DNA of 64,000 nt, taken from the IMG/VR virus record IMGVR_UViG_3300031867_000005, positions 64,001 through 128,000 of that record; one strand, written 5' to 3'. The stretch comes from a virus (taxonomy: Duplodnaviria > Caudoviricetes). Under the pieces are notes generated by a model that had not been told where the DNA came from, made no database searches, and worked only from the letters and a program-made list of their open reading frames with translations. Within the stretch, counting starts at the first letter, position 1, and each line of letters begins with the position of its first letter. Below are positions 1 through 11,715 of the stretch, one piece after another. Position numbers and translations under genes: made by a program.

Positions 1-864
1 TGTCTATTTTAAAAGCTAAAATCTATTAGGTTCTTTTTCCTTATGAGCTCCAAACATACAATAACAACATCCTGTCCTACTTACTCCACTACATTTTAAA
101 ATTCCTTTTTCTTCAATAATTTCACCATACACGGGGGGGATCTATAAATTTGTTTCTTTTATGTATCTTAAAATATCTTGTTCTGTCCAAAAAGCGATAG
201 GTAAACTTCGAGGTCTTTCTCCATCGTGTACATTAAAACAATCTTGTTTTAAAACTTCTGTTTCTCTTAATTTACTTTCCTCTGCAAGCATTCCTAAAAA
301 GGGATGCTTTTTGTTTTCCTTTTCATATTTTTTAACTGGATTCTTTTTCATAATTGTGCAACATTCAGCAGAAATTGGAATATCAGTTTCTAATAACTTC
401 ATACTTAACTTTGATAATTTATTAAAATAATAAACCTCTCCATTCTTTCTCTTCCTCTTTCCTAAGGCATAACGTTCATATTTTTCTTGATCTCCTAATT
501 TAAGTGCTCGTCTAGCATACTGAATGTTTCTTGCTGATTCTTTACTAATAACAGGATAACCATATTTTTGAATTACTTCTTTAAAACTCATTTTAGGTCT
601 TACTATTTCTACATTATCCCAGGTTCTTATAAACTTTTTTACCTCAGGATATTCTAATCCTGTGTCTATATATACAGCTGAAATATTAGGATTGACTTCT
701 CTGACCAATTGCAATAACACAGTAGAATCTTTTCCGCCTGAAAAAGACACATATACATGTTCTTCTCCTAAAGAATCTATAAACTATTTTATTTTTTCTT
801 TTGATAAAGAAATTTTCTTATCTAGAGATAATTCCTTATTCTATTTTAAATATTCCTTATCCAT
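1..864 (-). CDS. PAPS reductase-family (adenine nucleotide alpha hydrolase) protein, 3' end outside window; 4 TAG=Gln
   Basis: ATG at 864; SFSGGKDS PP-loop, DTGLEYPE, CC..MKK, RTGCCYC; TAG at 843, 786, 144 and about 18 (PNRF[Q]LLK). Confidence 0.85.
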
Positions 865-872
865 TTTTCATC

Positions 873-2627
873 TCAAAATCCATATTCTGAAACCTCCTCT
901 ATTTCAATTTCATCCACTAAAATTTGTGGCTTTCTTCGTCCGCCCCATTCATTAATATTACCTCTGCCTGCAACAGTGATAGATAACTTTCCACTCTTAT
1001 TCTTTAATTCTTCAATTAAGTCAGTTGCTTTAAACTTTATATAAGTAACATCATTAAACTCGAATCTAATTGTATCATTATTCTTTCCAATTACTGAATA
1101 ACCTTGATTTGGAATTGTAATTCCTTCAACAATAATAATTGGCTCTTCACAACCCTGTCCCCAGAATTTTTTTCCATTATCTAAGTCTTCAATTAGATCT
1201 TTAATATAAGAACAATTTCCCTTTATAATAAAGTCTGCCTCATAAAAACCCTCATTAAAGTTTATATCCTTTAATTTTTCGTTTGCATATTGAGTAAGTT
1301 TTTCGATATCTTGATTCAGGATTCCCTGACCGAAAGCGTTAGCATGACCCTGACAAAATTCCATCAGGTTACTATCAAGTAAGAACTGTCTAAAGTCCTT
1401 TAATTCCGTTTCTCCTCTCCCTCTTGCTGAACCTCTAAAATACCCATCAGGACACGTCCTTCCTAACATTACCGGTTTTTTATATTTAGCTGAAATTCTC
1501 ATTGCACACAAGCCCGTCAATGTAGATGGAATATCCATATCGTCCGTATTTAAAATAATAATCTTATTATCATTCAAACTATTATTCAAAATCTGTATAT
1601 CTAGCAGTTCAATTGCCTTATCCGTTTCTCTATTTTGTCTTGCTTTTGCATTAACACAATTTCTAACTGATTGTGTGCAAATTGTTTCTGTCAAACCTTT
1701 TTCTCCCCTTTTTGTAGAGGGAACTTCAAGTTCAGGGGTTATAAATGCTTGGAAAAGTCTTTCTTTTTCGATATTAGAACCGACTCTTATCAGTGCATTA
1801 ACTAATGGAGTTAAATAAAATGCAACTCCAATCTATGTTAGCGGCCCATCACCTAATGAGTAAGACTGCTTTTCGATTAATTCTTTTAGGAACTGATTCT
1901 TGATATGAGATAATCCATAGTCACAAATTAAGCGGTTCTCAATCGTATTCATTTTCATCATATCAGAAATTTCGCTAAAGGCCGCCAAATCTAAATAATC
2001 ATTAGCATAGTTTATTCCAAACAATTCATCTAAGTAACAAATGAATTTGTATACAACGCCTACGCCACTTAATTCTTTATTCTCATATTGTTCAGATAAT
2101 TGATTATTTATTACAATTGCATCTTCGCTATAGGAATCCGCAGAGTGATGGTCGAGGATCAGGACATCCATTCCCATTTCTTTTAATTGTTTATGTTCCT
2201 CATAATCATTACTAGAACTATCAGGCAATACAACTAAATCCCATTTTTTCTCGCCCTCAAAAACATCCATTATAGTTCTTAGTCCATGTTCTTTTCCAGT
2301 GGGAATGTGATATTCAATTGTGAAATCATATCTGTCACTTAAATGTTCTGTTAAATAATTATAAAACATTGCGGCCGAACCATAGCCGTCACAATCAGAA
2401 TCCACGATCAAATAAATTCTACAACCTTTTTCCAAATGGCTAATTAATAATTCTGCTCCCTCTTTCATGTGGTCTAAATTAAGAGGGGATAACAAATTCT
2501 TTTCAAATGATGGATAGAAGAAATCTCTTCTCTTGTCTTCCTCATTAGGCAAAACTCCTCTATCCTTTAAAAGTTCAATTAAAAAATCATCTTTAATATC
2601 ATGACTGGTTCTTCTAATATACTTCAT
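873..2627 (-). CDS. recJ: RecJ-like DHH ssDNA exonuclease; 1 TAG=Gln at 1833
   Basis: DSDCDG, LDHH, ELSGVGV, RGSARG, GHANAFG; the two ORF pieces join in frame through LT[Q]IGVAFYLTPLVNALIRVG. Confidence 0.9.
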
Positions 2628-3679
2628 TACAACCAGACCGCCTCCTTATATAATTTCAAAAAAGTTTCTTTTCCTTTATCTAGGGGTGAATCTTTTAATT
2701 CTAATAAATTCTTTTGGTCATAAATAAAACCTATTTGACATCTTAATTTATAACGCTCGCACATTTTCTTTAATTTATTATAATATTTTTCTTTACCTTT
2801 GTAATCTTCTCCTTCCTTATCGAATGCAATTAAAATTCTTTCTACTCCTAACTTAAGTAGTAATTCCGCTTGATAATTATGAAAATTACTGCCACAGGCC
2901 GCAACACATATATTATTACCATGCCCAAACATAGTATCATACAATAGAACAGATTTTTCTCCTTCTGCGACTACAGCCATTCTCTTTTTCCTAATGTTCT
3001 CTTTAATAAAGTTTAATCCATAAAGGTTATATCCCAAAGAATGAGCTAATATTTTCCCCTCAATTTGAATTGGCATATATTTTCCAAGCTCAATATCTTC
3101 TTCGTTCAATGCACGTCCCCTTATTCCTATTAAATATCCATTTTCATCATAATGAGGAATGATAATTTTATTTTGGTCAATTGAATATTTAATTCCAAAA
3201 TATCTCATTGATTCTTCACTGATGCCATCGTCAAGCCATTCTTTTGTTGGATAGAAAGAGAAGGTATTAAGAATTGATGGATTTAAATGATTAAAATTAA
3301 CATGAACTTCTTGAGCTGGGGTAAAGGCTGAACGATAAGCTTGACTGAACCCTTCTTTCTCAGTCTTATAAGAATCTCCAATGATTACTAATACTATATC
3401 TTTGTAGAAATGATATGGGATACCTAATAATTCATAACGCCTCTTAAAAAGCTCATAAATATTAAAATTGTCGCCGCAATCAGTATAGCAATGGAACTTT
3501 TTATTTCTCTTATAATAATAGAGTTTCATACTTGCTTCTTCAGGATTCTCATTATGGCAAATCGTTTTAAACTGAATATAATCATCATGTTCTATATAAC
3601 TATCACTACCTAAGTTTGTTACTAGCTCAATAACCCTTTCTGGAGTTAAACTTTGTTCTAATTCTTTTAAATCAATCAA
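2627..3679 (-). CDS. DNA primase (Zn-finger + TOPRIM)
   Basis: ICHN...FHCYTDCG Zn finger, IIIPHYD...GIRGR, VAEGEKS, AFDKE; next to helicase. Confidence 0.85.
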   Translation of the reverse strand: MIDLKELEQSLTPERVIELVTNLGSDSYIEHDDYIQFKTICHNENPEEASMKLYYYKRNKKFHCYTDCGDNFNIYELFKRRYELLGIPYHFYKDIVLVIIGDSYKTEKEGFSQAYRSAFTPAQEVHVNFNHLNPSILNTFSFYPTKEWLDDGISEESMRYFGIKYSIDQNKIIIPHYDENGYLIGIRGRALNEEDIELGKYMPIQIEGKILAHSLGYNLYGLNFIKENIRKKRMAVVAEGEKSVLLYDTMFGHGNNICVAACGSNFHNYQAELLLKLGVERILIAFDKEGEDYKGKEKYYNKLKKMCERYKLRCQIGFIYDQKNLLELKDSPLDKGKETFLKLYKEAVWL

Positions 3680-5656
3680 AGTAAATCATCAAAACTAACA
3701 TTTTTCAATTGCTCCTTTCTATCATTCTCATCACCAAAAGCCTTTGCAACTTCATCGAGAAGTGAAACTTCTTCTTCCTGAGAAGAAAAACGTTCAATTA
3801 AATCTTGTTCCATTTCATCTGAAACAATTCCGTCATTATATAATGATTCTAAGTCAATCATTTCTTGAGATTTTTCTTGGATAAAATCGACAACTTGAAA
3901 GTCTTGGACTTCTTCAAGTGATGGGGTTGTGACAAATAAGTCATATCTGCGGCAAACTCCTAAATCTACTTTAGACCATATTCTCACTTGATTCCAGCGG
4001 CCCCGTCTATTTTTAAAGATGTCTGTTACACAGTTTGGAGCAAAACTAAAAACTTTTTGAAACCCCGCAACGGTTTTTAATTCTTCGGGAGATGGTCGTG
4101 ACATTATACAAGCTAGGTCTACCAAATCCACGATTGCTCTTGCGTTAAATCCTACCATTTCTAGTAGGAACTGACTATTTTTTAACTTCACAAAGAAGCC
4201 ATACCCATTTCGATTCTCATTAGCTTCGTTTCCTAAAACTAAGACACGTATTAATAGTGTCTCTACTCCCAGCATCTCAGCACAGGGATAGTCGATACAG
4301 GTTATTATTTTATTAAAATAATCTTCCCACGAGATTACCATATCTATTACAGACTTAGGTTTCCTCGTTAGCTCACTATTCTAGTGAACCCCCATTCATA
4401 AAATGGGAAAAGGCATGATAAGGCCAATTTGACCCTCGTATTTGATGAAAATCTCGGAATCCATCGCCATCGTCATTACTAATTTGAGTTGAAGTCAATA
4501 TAAAAGAATTAAGTTCAACAGCTAAGTTTTTTAAAGTTGTGGTAAACATTCTAAGTGTAACATCTTCTCTGATCTTCAAATCCCTATACTCATTAAGCAT
4601 AGCTGGAGAAGAAAAGATATAATCATAGAAGAAATTCTCTACTCCATGCTACAAGTTGTATCTCCTAAAAAGGTTCTTTATAATCGAACTACAAGGGTCA
4701 GGAATTTGAGCAGTTAAGAAATTATCCTTATATCTCTCCATTATATCCACTGCTTTATTAATTCTCTCCATATGCTACGGACCGTAAGTTCCATATAAAA
4801 AAATCTCTTCATTATAGCCTGTTAAGTAAGCTAAAATCATTGTTTGGATTTCTTCTGGATCTTGTTCAGTCATTATATATAAAACTTTTTCAGGAGTTCC
4901 TGTAGCAATCCATTTATTATATCTAGGTTCATATCTAATCGGATAAGCAATATTACAGGCGTCGCCGACCATTGAACGAGTCTTTCCCATTCCGCTTGAC
5001 CCTGACCGAAGATAAAGTTTTCCTTTTCTACCGCCTCTACAAATTGTATTAAAAATATCTCCTTGTAATCTAACTCCAACCTCTGGGGCAGATTGTAAAT
5101 TCTTAATTAAATCCCTAACCCCATCATAGGCTGTTCCTTCTTTCATTACAGAATTGATTACATATTTTCCTTCAAGGCTAGCAATTTCTCCCTTAAACAA
5201 ATTCAAAATTTCTTCTGTCGTCATTTTTTCGAACTTATCGTTAATCGCAAAATGATCATCGTCTAAGGGGTCTTCAGAATAAATATTGGAGATATTATAA
5301 CCAGACTTTTGAAGTTCTCTTAGTAAATTAATTTTCTTAAATTTTTTATAATAATAAGAGAAATTACTCGATTCACTATATGTTTCACAATCAATTAAAA
5401 ATTGTTTTCCATTCTCTCTTTCTAGAATATTTTTTGCTACTTCATTTTCAGATAAATAAGTTTCCACATCATTTGCATGGATTTTTTCTGCACCACCTAC
5501 ATATAAATTATATATCGCAGAAAAGATAAATTTATCAAGAGGTTGCGAAAAATCGCTAGGTTCAATTTGATATTTGTCAATGTCACTTAATAACTCAGGT
5601 CTAAGCATCAGGCCGCCAAAGATTTGAACTATAGTCTTTCTATCAACACTAATCAT
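3676..5656 (-). CDS. dnaB: DnaB-like replicative helicase; exons 5656-4432 and 4142-3676; TAG=Gln at 4775 and 4649
   Basis: Walker A GSSGMGKT, FYDYI, TSTQI; splicing restores IRGS-RAIVDLVD. Confidence 0.85.
4143..4431 (-). mobile_element. Group I intron (289 nt, no ORF) in dnaB
   Basis: Exon ends GGGU; P1 GGGUCA-AAU-UGGCCU with U.G at splice site; P7 GACUA/UAGUC; terminal G; frame restored. Confidence 0.85.
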
Positions 5657-6375
5657 TCAATCGTATCCCCTAACTGACTGAGGTCAATCATCTTTTTATT
5701 TTTCTTTTTGCCTATATAATCAGCAGGATTATACCTGATTTCAATTCTGTCTTGCTCCAGTTGCTTCTAAATCATTTTTGTGATTTCATCTGCTTTTTTA
5801 GCCTGATTTTCATAGTAGTGTTTTGATTCAGAAAATATAAAAGGAATGATCCCGATACTGCCGTTAGACTTTTTTATTGTGTTTCTCTTTACTTCATAAA
5901 AATATTTTAAAGCTAACAGTTGCCCACGATATGGCATCCCTTGGCTTCTAAACTTCTGCATTTGAGTCACATTCCAATCGCTAACAGGTTTATCTTTTGA
6001 GTATTCTCCAAACAATCTATAAATATAAAACCAAAGTGCGTCCCTATCATTCTTTTCATTCTTAACTAATTCTAAGTTTTCTTCTGATAAATGCCTCTTT
6101 ACTGTGCTAGCAGAAATACCTAACTCTTTTGCGACCTTACTCATATTTTTATATTCACTATATCTCTTATTTATTTCTTCAACTAGTTCGTCTGTTACTT
6201 TAATCCTTTTTTTCTTTTCTTTCTCCGTATGAGGGGCCGCTTCATATAAATTTAAGTATTTTGTGACAGTAGCAACTGAAATTCCTAATTCTTCTGCTAC
6301 TTTCTTCTTTACACCTAATTCACAGTATAAAAGAAGGATTTTCTTAATCATTTCTTCGTCAATTTTTCTTGCCAT
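5653..6375 (-). CDS. Tandem-HTH DNA-binding protein; TAG=Gln at 5767
   Basis: Two VAxELGISxxTV HTH motifs; readthrough ends at TGA overlapping dnaB ATG (ATGA). Confidence 0.75.
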
Positions 6376-6464
6376 TTTTATCACCCTTTCTTTTATTCTA
6401 TAAATATTATATCATATCTTATTTAAAATGTCAATAAAATAGACAGCAATTTTATTTTGCTGTC

Positions 6465-8853
6465 TTAAATTCCACCAGTTATTTCGTCTAAAAATGCAGA
6501 AGACTGTGCTGTTAAACTTCTTTCAATTGTTGTTAATTTTACTGTTGCAAAGATTTTTGAGTATATGGGAGATTTTCTTAAATTCAAAAGTAGTCTTAAT
6601 CCATTTTTGTTTCTGAATAGTTCTGAGTCTGCTTGCTTTAAATCCCCATCAAACAAAATTCTTGACCCCTCACCACAGCGGCCGAGTAATAATTTGATAT
6701 GATCTTCTGTTAGATTTTGAGCTTCATTTACGATAATAATTGAATCTTGAAAACTTCTGCCACGAATAAAACTCATTGGAACAACTTCAAGTTGTTCTGT
6801 GTTAATCCAGTCTTCAATCTGGTCAATTCCAACTAAGTCGATTAGCGGCCCTATCTGTCCGATTGTCTTGTCCAGTAGTTCCGATACTCCTATAAATTTC
6901 TTTATAGGTCAGACTATATCTTATTTATCTTTTAAAAAATCATAAAATTTTTTCTTTCTTTCCAAATAAATTGTTGAATTATCATAAAGATATTGTAAAA
7001 TTATTTTACAAATTTTATTGCCTTTCCATTTGCAAACGTAGGCGTTGGATTTATTAATTATATTGTGTTTCTTTTTCTAAAGCACACTATCTATAGCCGA
7101 CTAAAAACTTCCTACGAAATCTTGGTTATAACCACAAAAACTAACACCAACAGTTGAAGTTTGTGATTCAATCCAAATAGATCCGTCTCCATCTAGCAAA
7201 CCTCTCAAATAATGTCTCTACAAATTTAAAGGTATTTTATCAATTTTTATATCTTTTAATAAATATGTTTTGTTAGGAATAATGTCATATAAAGCTAAAT
7301 CATCACATATCTTTTTATTAGTAATTTCTATTGCATAACATTCTTTATTTGGTCTTTTATCATGAAGTAATTGAATATCACTATCTAGACTTGTCTTTAA
7401 TCTTTCTACCATATACTTATCTTCTGCTTTTAGACTAATTCCTAGTACATTAGTCCCCTATCTCTATTTGATATATCCATCTGTTTTTAAAAGACCTATA
7501 AAATATGCTTTTTCTTCTGTATCTATCGTTTCAAAGTAATTTTCATTTATGTCGTGATTTTTTAAACTACTTTTTGTTTTTACAATATTGTTTTCTTTCA
7601 TAAAATTAACTAAAGTCTCATAACAACAACCTACTTCTTTACCAATTTTACTGTAAGAATATTTTCTATTATTCATATCAATAATTTTTTGTTTTTCTTC
7701 TTCTGTAAAAATTCTCTTTTTAGGCATATTTTCACCTCCTTAGACAGCGAATAGAAAAGAAAGAAAGAAAAAAGATAAACTCTCGCACTTCGAAATATTA
7801 TAATATTTCTACTCTACTAAGCATTTATGCACTTTTCGATAGTCGTTGAACCTTCTTCCTTGTTTGGAAGGAAGCTTGGCTGCGGATTATCCAATCTTTT
7901 ATTTTTTTACCATACCATAATAATTAATTATGCCATAATTTTATTACTAAAATTATTTGGTAATAAAAGCTTTAAGGATGTCCCCGTCAATTCACGAGAT
8001 TTAACCCGAGCAATTTAACATAACCCGGAAGGGCGCCTAACTCAATTGTGTTTTCAGTAAAAGCATTATTAGGCACATAGACAATTTTCTTTATTTTTCC
8101 TAATTCTAGTTCTTGAATTGCGAAATTATTTAGAATGTAACTCTTGCCACTTCCAAATCTACCGCCAGCGTAGATAATAGTTTTACTTCTATCTAATAAG
8201 GCTTCAAACAAACAAGACTGTTCGGGATTTCTTGGCTTGATATGTTTAATCCATCTATTTTTTATTCCCTTATCAAAAAACTGCTTAATTTCTCCATTAG
8301 TATAAACGAAAGTAGCCAAAGTTTCATATTCTTCATCACCATATTTATTCAAGAACTTAGCATTTGTATCTTTCACAATTATATATTCATTCTCATATAA
8401 TTTTACTTCTGGATCAGGTAATGCTTTATTGGTAAAAATGTAGTCTAAAACTTTGTCATACCTATTTTCATCAGTGGCTACATAGATAGTTTTTATTCCT
8501 GAATAATCTTCTGTCTTCCCATAACCACTAGTTTTTACGCCTTTTACTATCGCTTTTACTTTTAAATAAACATCGTTAGTAATTAATTCTCCAAAACTTT
8601 CTTCTGCACACAATAACAATTTATCATCAACAGATATTTTCATATCTTCATAGCAACTTTTCCAGATAATCTCATCTAAATGGCGAGAAAGCGTTATTGC
8701 CGCACGTCTTGCTTTAAAGGCAATTTCAGGATTTTGATTTAATTTAAGTCCATCTAATTCTTTAAGAACATCAGTAAGAATGATTAAGTCTTTTTCATCT
8801 TCTAAAATTTGAGGAAAATCAAGCAATATATTAGTATCTATAACTTTTAACAT
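6465..8853 (-). CDS. phoH: PIN-PhoH family ATPase; exons 8853-8023 and 6881-6465
   Basis: PIN IDTNILL; GRFGSGKS; spliced GALPG-ELLDK; FIRGRSF, NEAQN, DGDLKQ. Confidence 0.9.
6882..8022 (-). mobile_element. Group I intron (1141 nt) in phoH carrying a LAGLIDADG endonuclease
   Basis: P1 CCGGGU/GCUCGG; R-like CAACGACUAUCG and S-like AAGAUAUAGUCU; terminal G; frame restored. Confidence 0.9.
6921..7727 (-). CDS. Intron-encoded LAGLIDADG homing endonuclease, 268 aa; 5 TAG=Gln
   Basis: EEKAYFIGLLKTDGYI and YLRGLLDGDGSI; N-terminal HTH; continuous only if TAG is sense. Confidence 0.85.
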
Positions 8854-8893
8854 TTTTAGCCTCCTATAAAAAGAGAGAGGTATTACCTCTCTT

Positions 8894-9889
8894 TTATTCA
8901 AGTAATGTCTTAACTTCAAACAGGACTTTACTTAGCTTATCAATTTGTTCTGGAAGAATTTCACTAAACTTAGTTGGCTTACCAAATTCTTTATCTAAAA
9001 TTTCTGCAGCTTTTCCTTGAAGGTCTCTTTGAATTACTTTACCCCACAAGGTTTTTGCTTCATCCATCATATCATCAAAACTCTTTTGATAATAAGGATT
9101 AGGAGCAATATTTGTTTCAAGATTTTCTGTATTTTTACCAGTTGTATGTTCAATTTCCGCATCAATAGCATCATAGATTGCTTTTACCAAATTCTCATAA
9201 GATAATTCAACTTTTGGAACAATATATTTAAATCTTGAGCCAGCATAAAAATCATCAGTCTCTCTTAAAAAGAGATACCTTTTTCTGACAAAAGAACCAT
9301 CTTCACGTTGTTCTACTGGAACTTGTTTTAAATAAGCAATAATATCAACCATTTTATTTACAATATTAAAAGGTCTATCAGCTAATGCTGGAACAACTTT
9401 CGTATGTTCGACCCCTTTTTCTTCAATTGTTTTTTCTTTTGCGTGAGAAATAAAAAATAAACCATAACCAGCAAAAGCAATTTCTCTTAAAGTCGAAGAA
9501 AATTCGTCATCTAAAAGTTTATAACCACCGCCATAAGGAATATCTTTTATTTTTTCAATCCCATTTTGGTCACAAATATATTTTTCACAAAGTTTATAAG
9601 CTTCATCAACTGTGTCGATTGCAATTATATGAATTTTATTTTGTAATTCATCTTTTTTTCTTACTAATTGCTTAACAACAATTTTCCAATCAGTCCATTT
9701 AAGTATTGGTTGAACCAATACGTTATTTAATGCATTAGTTCCTGGTTCAAAAGATGCAATCAGCACTTTATCAAGTTCAGATGCGAGTGTGGTTTTCCCG
9801 CATTTTGGATCTCCGAAAACTAAAGCCATTTTACCCTTCAAATCTCTACTAATCTTCTGTGGTTCAAGCGCCATTAAATCAATAGCCAT
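8894..9889 (-). CDS. AAA_24/Sak4-like P-loop ATPase (putative recombinase)
   Basis: GDPKCGKTT, IAIDTVD, FISHAK; next to ssb. Confidence 0.75.
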   Translation of the reverse strand: MAIDLMALEPQKISRDLKGKMALVFGDPKCGKTTLASELDKVLIASFEPGTNALNNVLVQPILKWTDWKIVVKQLVRKKDELQNKIHIIAIDTVDEAYKLCEKYICDQNGIEKIKDIPYGGGYKLLDDEFSSTLREIAFAGYGLFFISHAKEKTIEEKGVEHTKVVPALADRPFNIVNKMVDIIAYLKQVPVEQREDGSFVRKRYLFLRETDDFYAGSRFKYIVPKVELSYENLVKAIYDAIDAEIEHTTGKNTENLETNIAPNPYYQKSFDDMMDEAKTLWGKVIQRDLQGKAAEILDKEFGKPTKFSEILPEQIDKLSKVLFEVKTLLE

Positions 9890-9933
9890 TTAATCTCCTC
9901 CTTTACTTATATAGAGAAAAATTTCGGATTTAA

Positions 9934-10824
9934 TTAAAATCCGAAATCAACGGGCTTATTTTTTGTGGAACTTTTTGTATTTGAGTTTGTATTTGCAAGA
10001 TTATCTTGCTCTTCCTTTCTTCTCGCCAAAGCTTGCTTAATAGAATCAGCATCATAAGATAAAGCTTCTTCCAGTCCGCAAGGAGAACCACCTGTAATAA
10101 TCAATTCTTTCTTAGAAACAGTTCTTGTTCTTTCAATGGGTTCGCCGAAACCTTGTTCTTCCATCCAAGTCTCAACCTTGTAAGACATATTAATTCTACC
10201 GGTTACTTTTACAGTGTCTTGTGCTTGCCAATTTGTAGTAATAAAATCAGCTGCACTACCCTGTGCAATTAGTTCAATCTTATTAGCCTTTCCGCCCCAA
10301 GTAATCACAATAAAATCGACAATAATTCTTCCTGTTTCTTCTCCGTCCTTGTTTGTCTCAGGTCTCATTTTACCTACAACGCCAGAAAGTTCAAAAGTTG
10401 CCTTTTCAGGATCTCCCTTTCTAGCTTCATTGATGAAATTTGTAGAAATCTGAAAACCAGAACGAACAATATTAGTGCGGGCATCATACCAAGCATTTTC
10501 TTCAATCTTTCCAAGGCTAATTGTTACACGAGAAGCCTTAGATTCATCATCTGCTGCTGCAACAGAAATCAAGTTTTCTTTATAGTCAATAATGCGGTCA
10601 TAAATTTTATTAAGAGAACCATCAGTCTTTTTTCTCATTGAAAAAAGTCTAACTGGGATGATATTTTCTGTTACAACCCCATTAATTTCTTGATCAACAC
10701 GAATAGATGCTGTTCCACGCACATATTCCTTTCCAGCACTGGATACACCTTCAATAATTTCAAGCTCATTCAACATACCACTAATATAAATCTCATTATC
10801 ACTCAATCTATTTGTATCTAACAT
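9934..10824 (-). CDS. Single-stranded DNA-binding protein (tandem OB-fold)
   Basis: Beta-rich, DTVKVTGRI motif, low-complexity tail ending DFGF; beside Sak4-like gene. Confidence 0.6.
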   Translation of the reverse strand: MLDTNRLSDNEIYISGMLNELEIIEGVSSAGKEYVRGTASIRVDQEINGVVTENIIPVRLFSMRKKTDGSLNKIYDRIIDYKENLISVAAADDESKASRVTISLGKIEENAWYDARTNIVRSGFQISTNFINEARKGDPEKATFELSGVVGKMRPETNKDGEETGRIIVDFIVITWGGKANKIELIAQGSAADFITTNWQAQDTVKVTGRINMSYKVETWMEEQGFGEPIERTRTVSKKELIITGGSPCGLEEALSYDADSIKQALARRKEEQDNLANTNSNTKSSTKNKPVDFGF

Positions 10825-10840
10825 TATAATACCACTCCTT

Positions 10841-10861
10841 AATAATAATAATAATAATAAT
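10841..10861 (-). repeat. (TTA)x7 tract in the leader of the ssb-like gene
   Basis: aataataataataataataat directly upstream of RBS AAGGAG. Confidence 0.8.
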
Positions 10862-10914
10862 CCAGTTTAATTTTGTTGAGTAGGAGTATGTCTCCTACTC
10901 AATTTTTAAAATAA

Positions 10915-11205
10915 TTAGTCTTCTGTTTCAGCATCTGGATCGAAATTAGCGCCACTATCAGTCAAGGCAAAATACTTTACTTCTCTTACCTTAGTTTCGC
11001 CTTTTTCAGTTGTATATTCCTCTGTTTCAGTAAATCTTTCAGCATAGCCCTTGCGAACCAAACCAGTTACAGAACCAGTTACAGAACCAGCCTTTTCAAA
11101 GCCAAGAGCTTCCTGAACCTGCTTAGTTGTAAACTTCACACCAGCACCTGCAGCCTTCAAATATTCAAATACCTTTCTTGATCCCTCAGTCATTTTCTTT
11201 GCCAT
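10915..11205 (-). CDS. Small winged-helix DNA-binding protein
   Basis: VFEYLK...VQEALG...VTGLVRKGY...YFALTDSG wHTH pattern. Confidence 0.6.
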   Translation of the reverse strand: MAKKMTEGSRKVFEYLKAAGAGVKFTTKQVQEALGFEKAGSVTGSVTGLVRKGYAERFTETEEYTTEKGETKVREVKYFALTDSGANFDPDAETED

Positions 11206-11319
11206 TATAAACCAACTCCTTTTAAAATTTTAAAATATTTTTTATAATAAAATAGCAGACGGTGTTTCCGTTAATATGCTATTTATTTATCTTACATTAA
11301 TATTATATCATAATATTTT

Positions 11320-11715
11320 TTAAAAGTCAATTTCTTTATTTTCTAAATCCATTAACTTTTTAGTTAAATCTTCTGCTTTATATGCAGCTTTAGTAAATTC
11401 TTGAATCTCTTTTTTAAGTCTAACTGACATATGAAGAAAAGTTATGCCAATTGAGTTAATTTCAGTGAGAGACAAATTAAAGTCGCCATCGATTATTCTA
11501 CGTCTAAGATTTTCATATCTTTTTGAGTCTTGTTCCAATTCTTTGATAAAAGATTCTAATTTTTCATCATGAACTAACTCTGGGTTTAATTTCCCGTCTT
11601 CATCAAAGTAAGGCTCATATAAATTATATATATCATCAAGAACTCCATTCAATGCGGCGACAACCGCATCTTTATTTTCTTTAATTAAATTAATCTTTTC
11701 TTCTAAAATCATCAT
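11320..11715 (-). CDS. Hypothetical helical protein
   Basis: ORF overlapping gyrA stop. Confidence 0.6.
   Translation of the reverse strand: MMILEEKINLIKENKDAVVAALNGVLDDIYNLYEPYFDEDGKLNPELVHDEKLESFIKELEQDSKRYENLRRRIIDGDFNLSLTEINSIGITFLHMSVRLKKEIQEFTKAAYKAEDLTKKLMDLENKEIDF

Noticed and set aside
4143-4341. N-terminus of track ORF 3676-4341
   Set aside because: It is intron sequence open by chance; real exon begins at 4142
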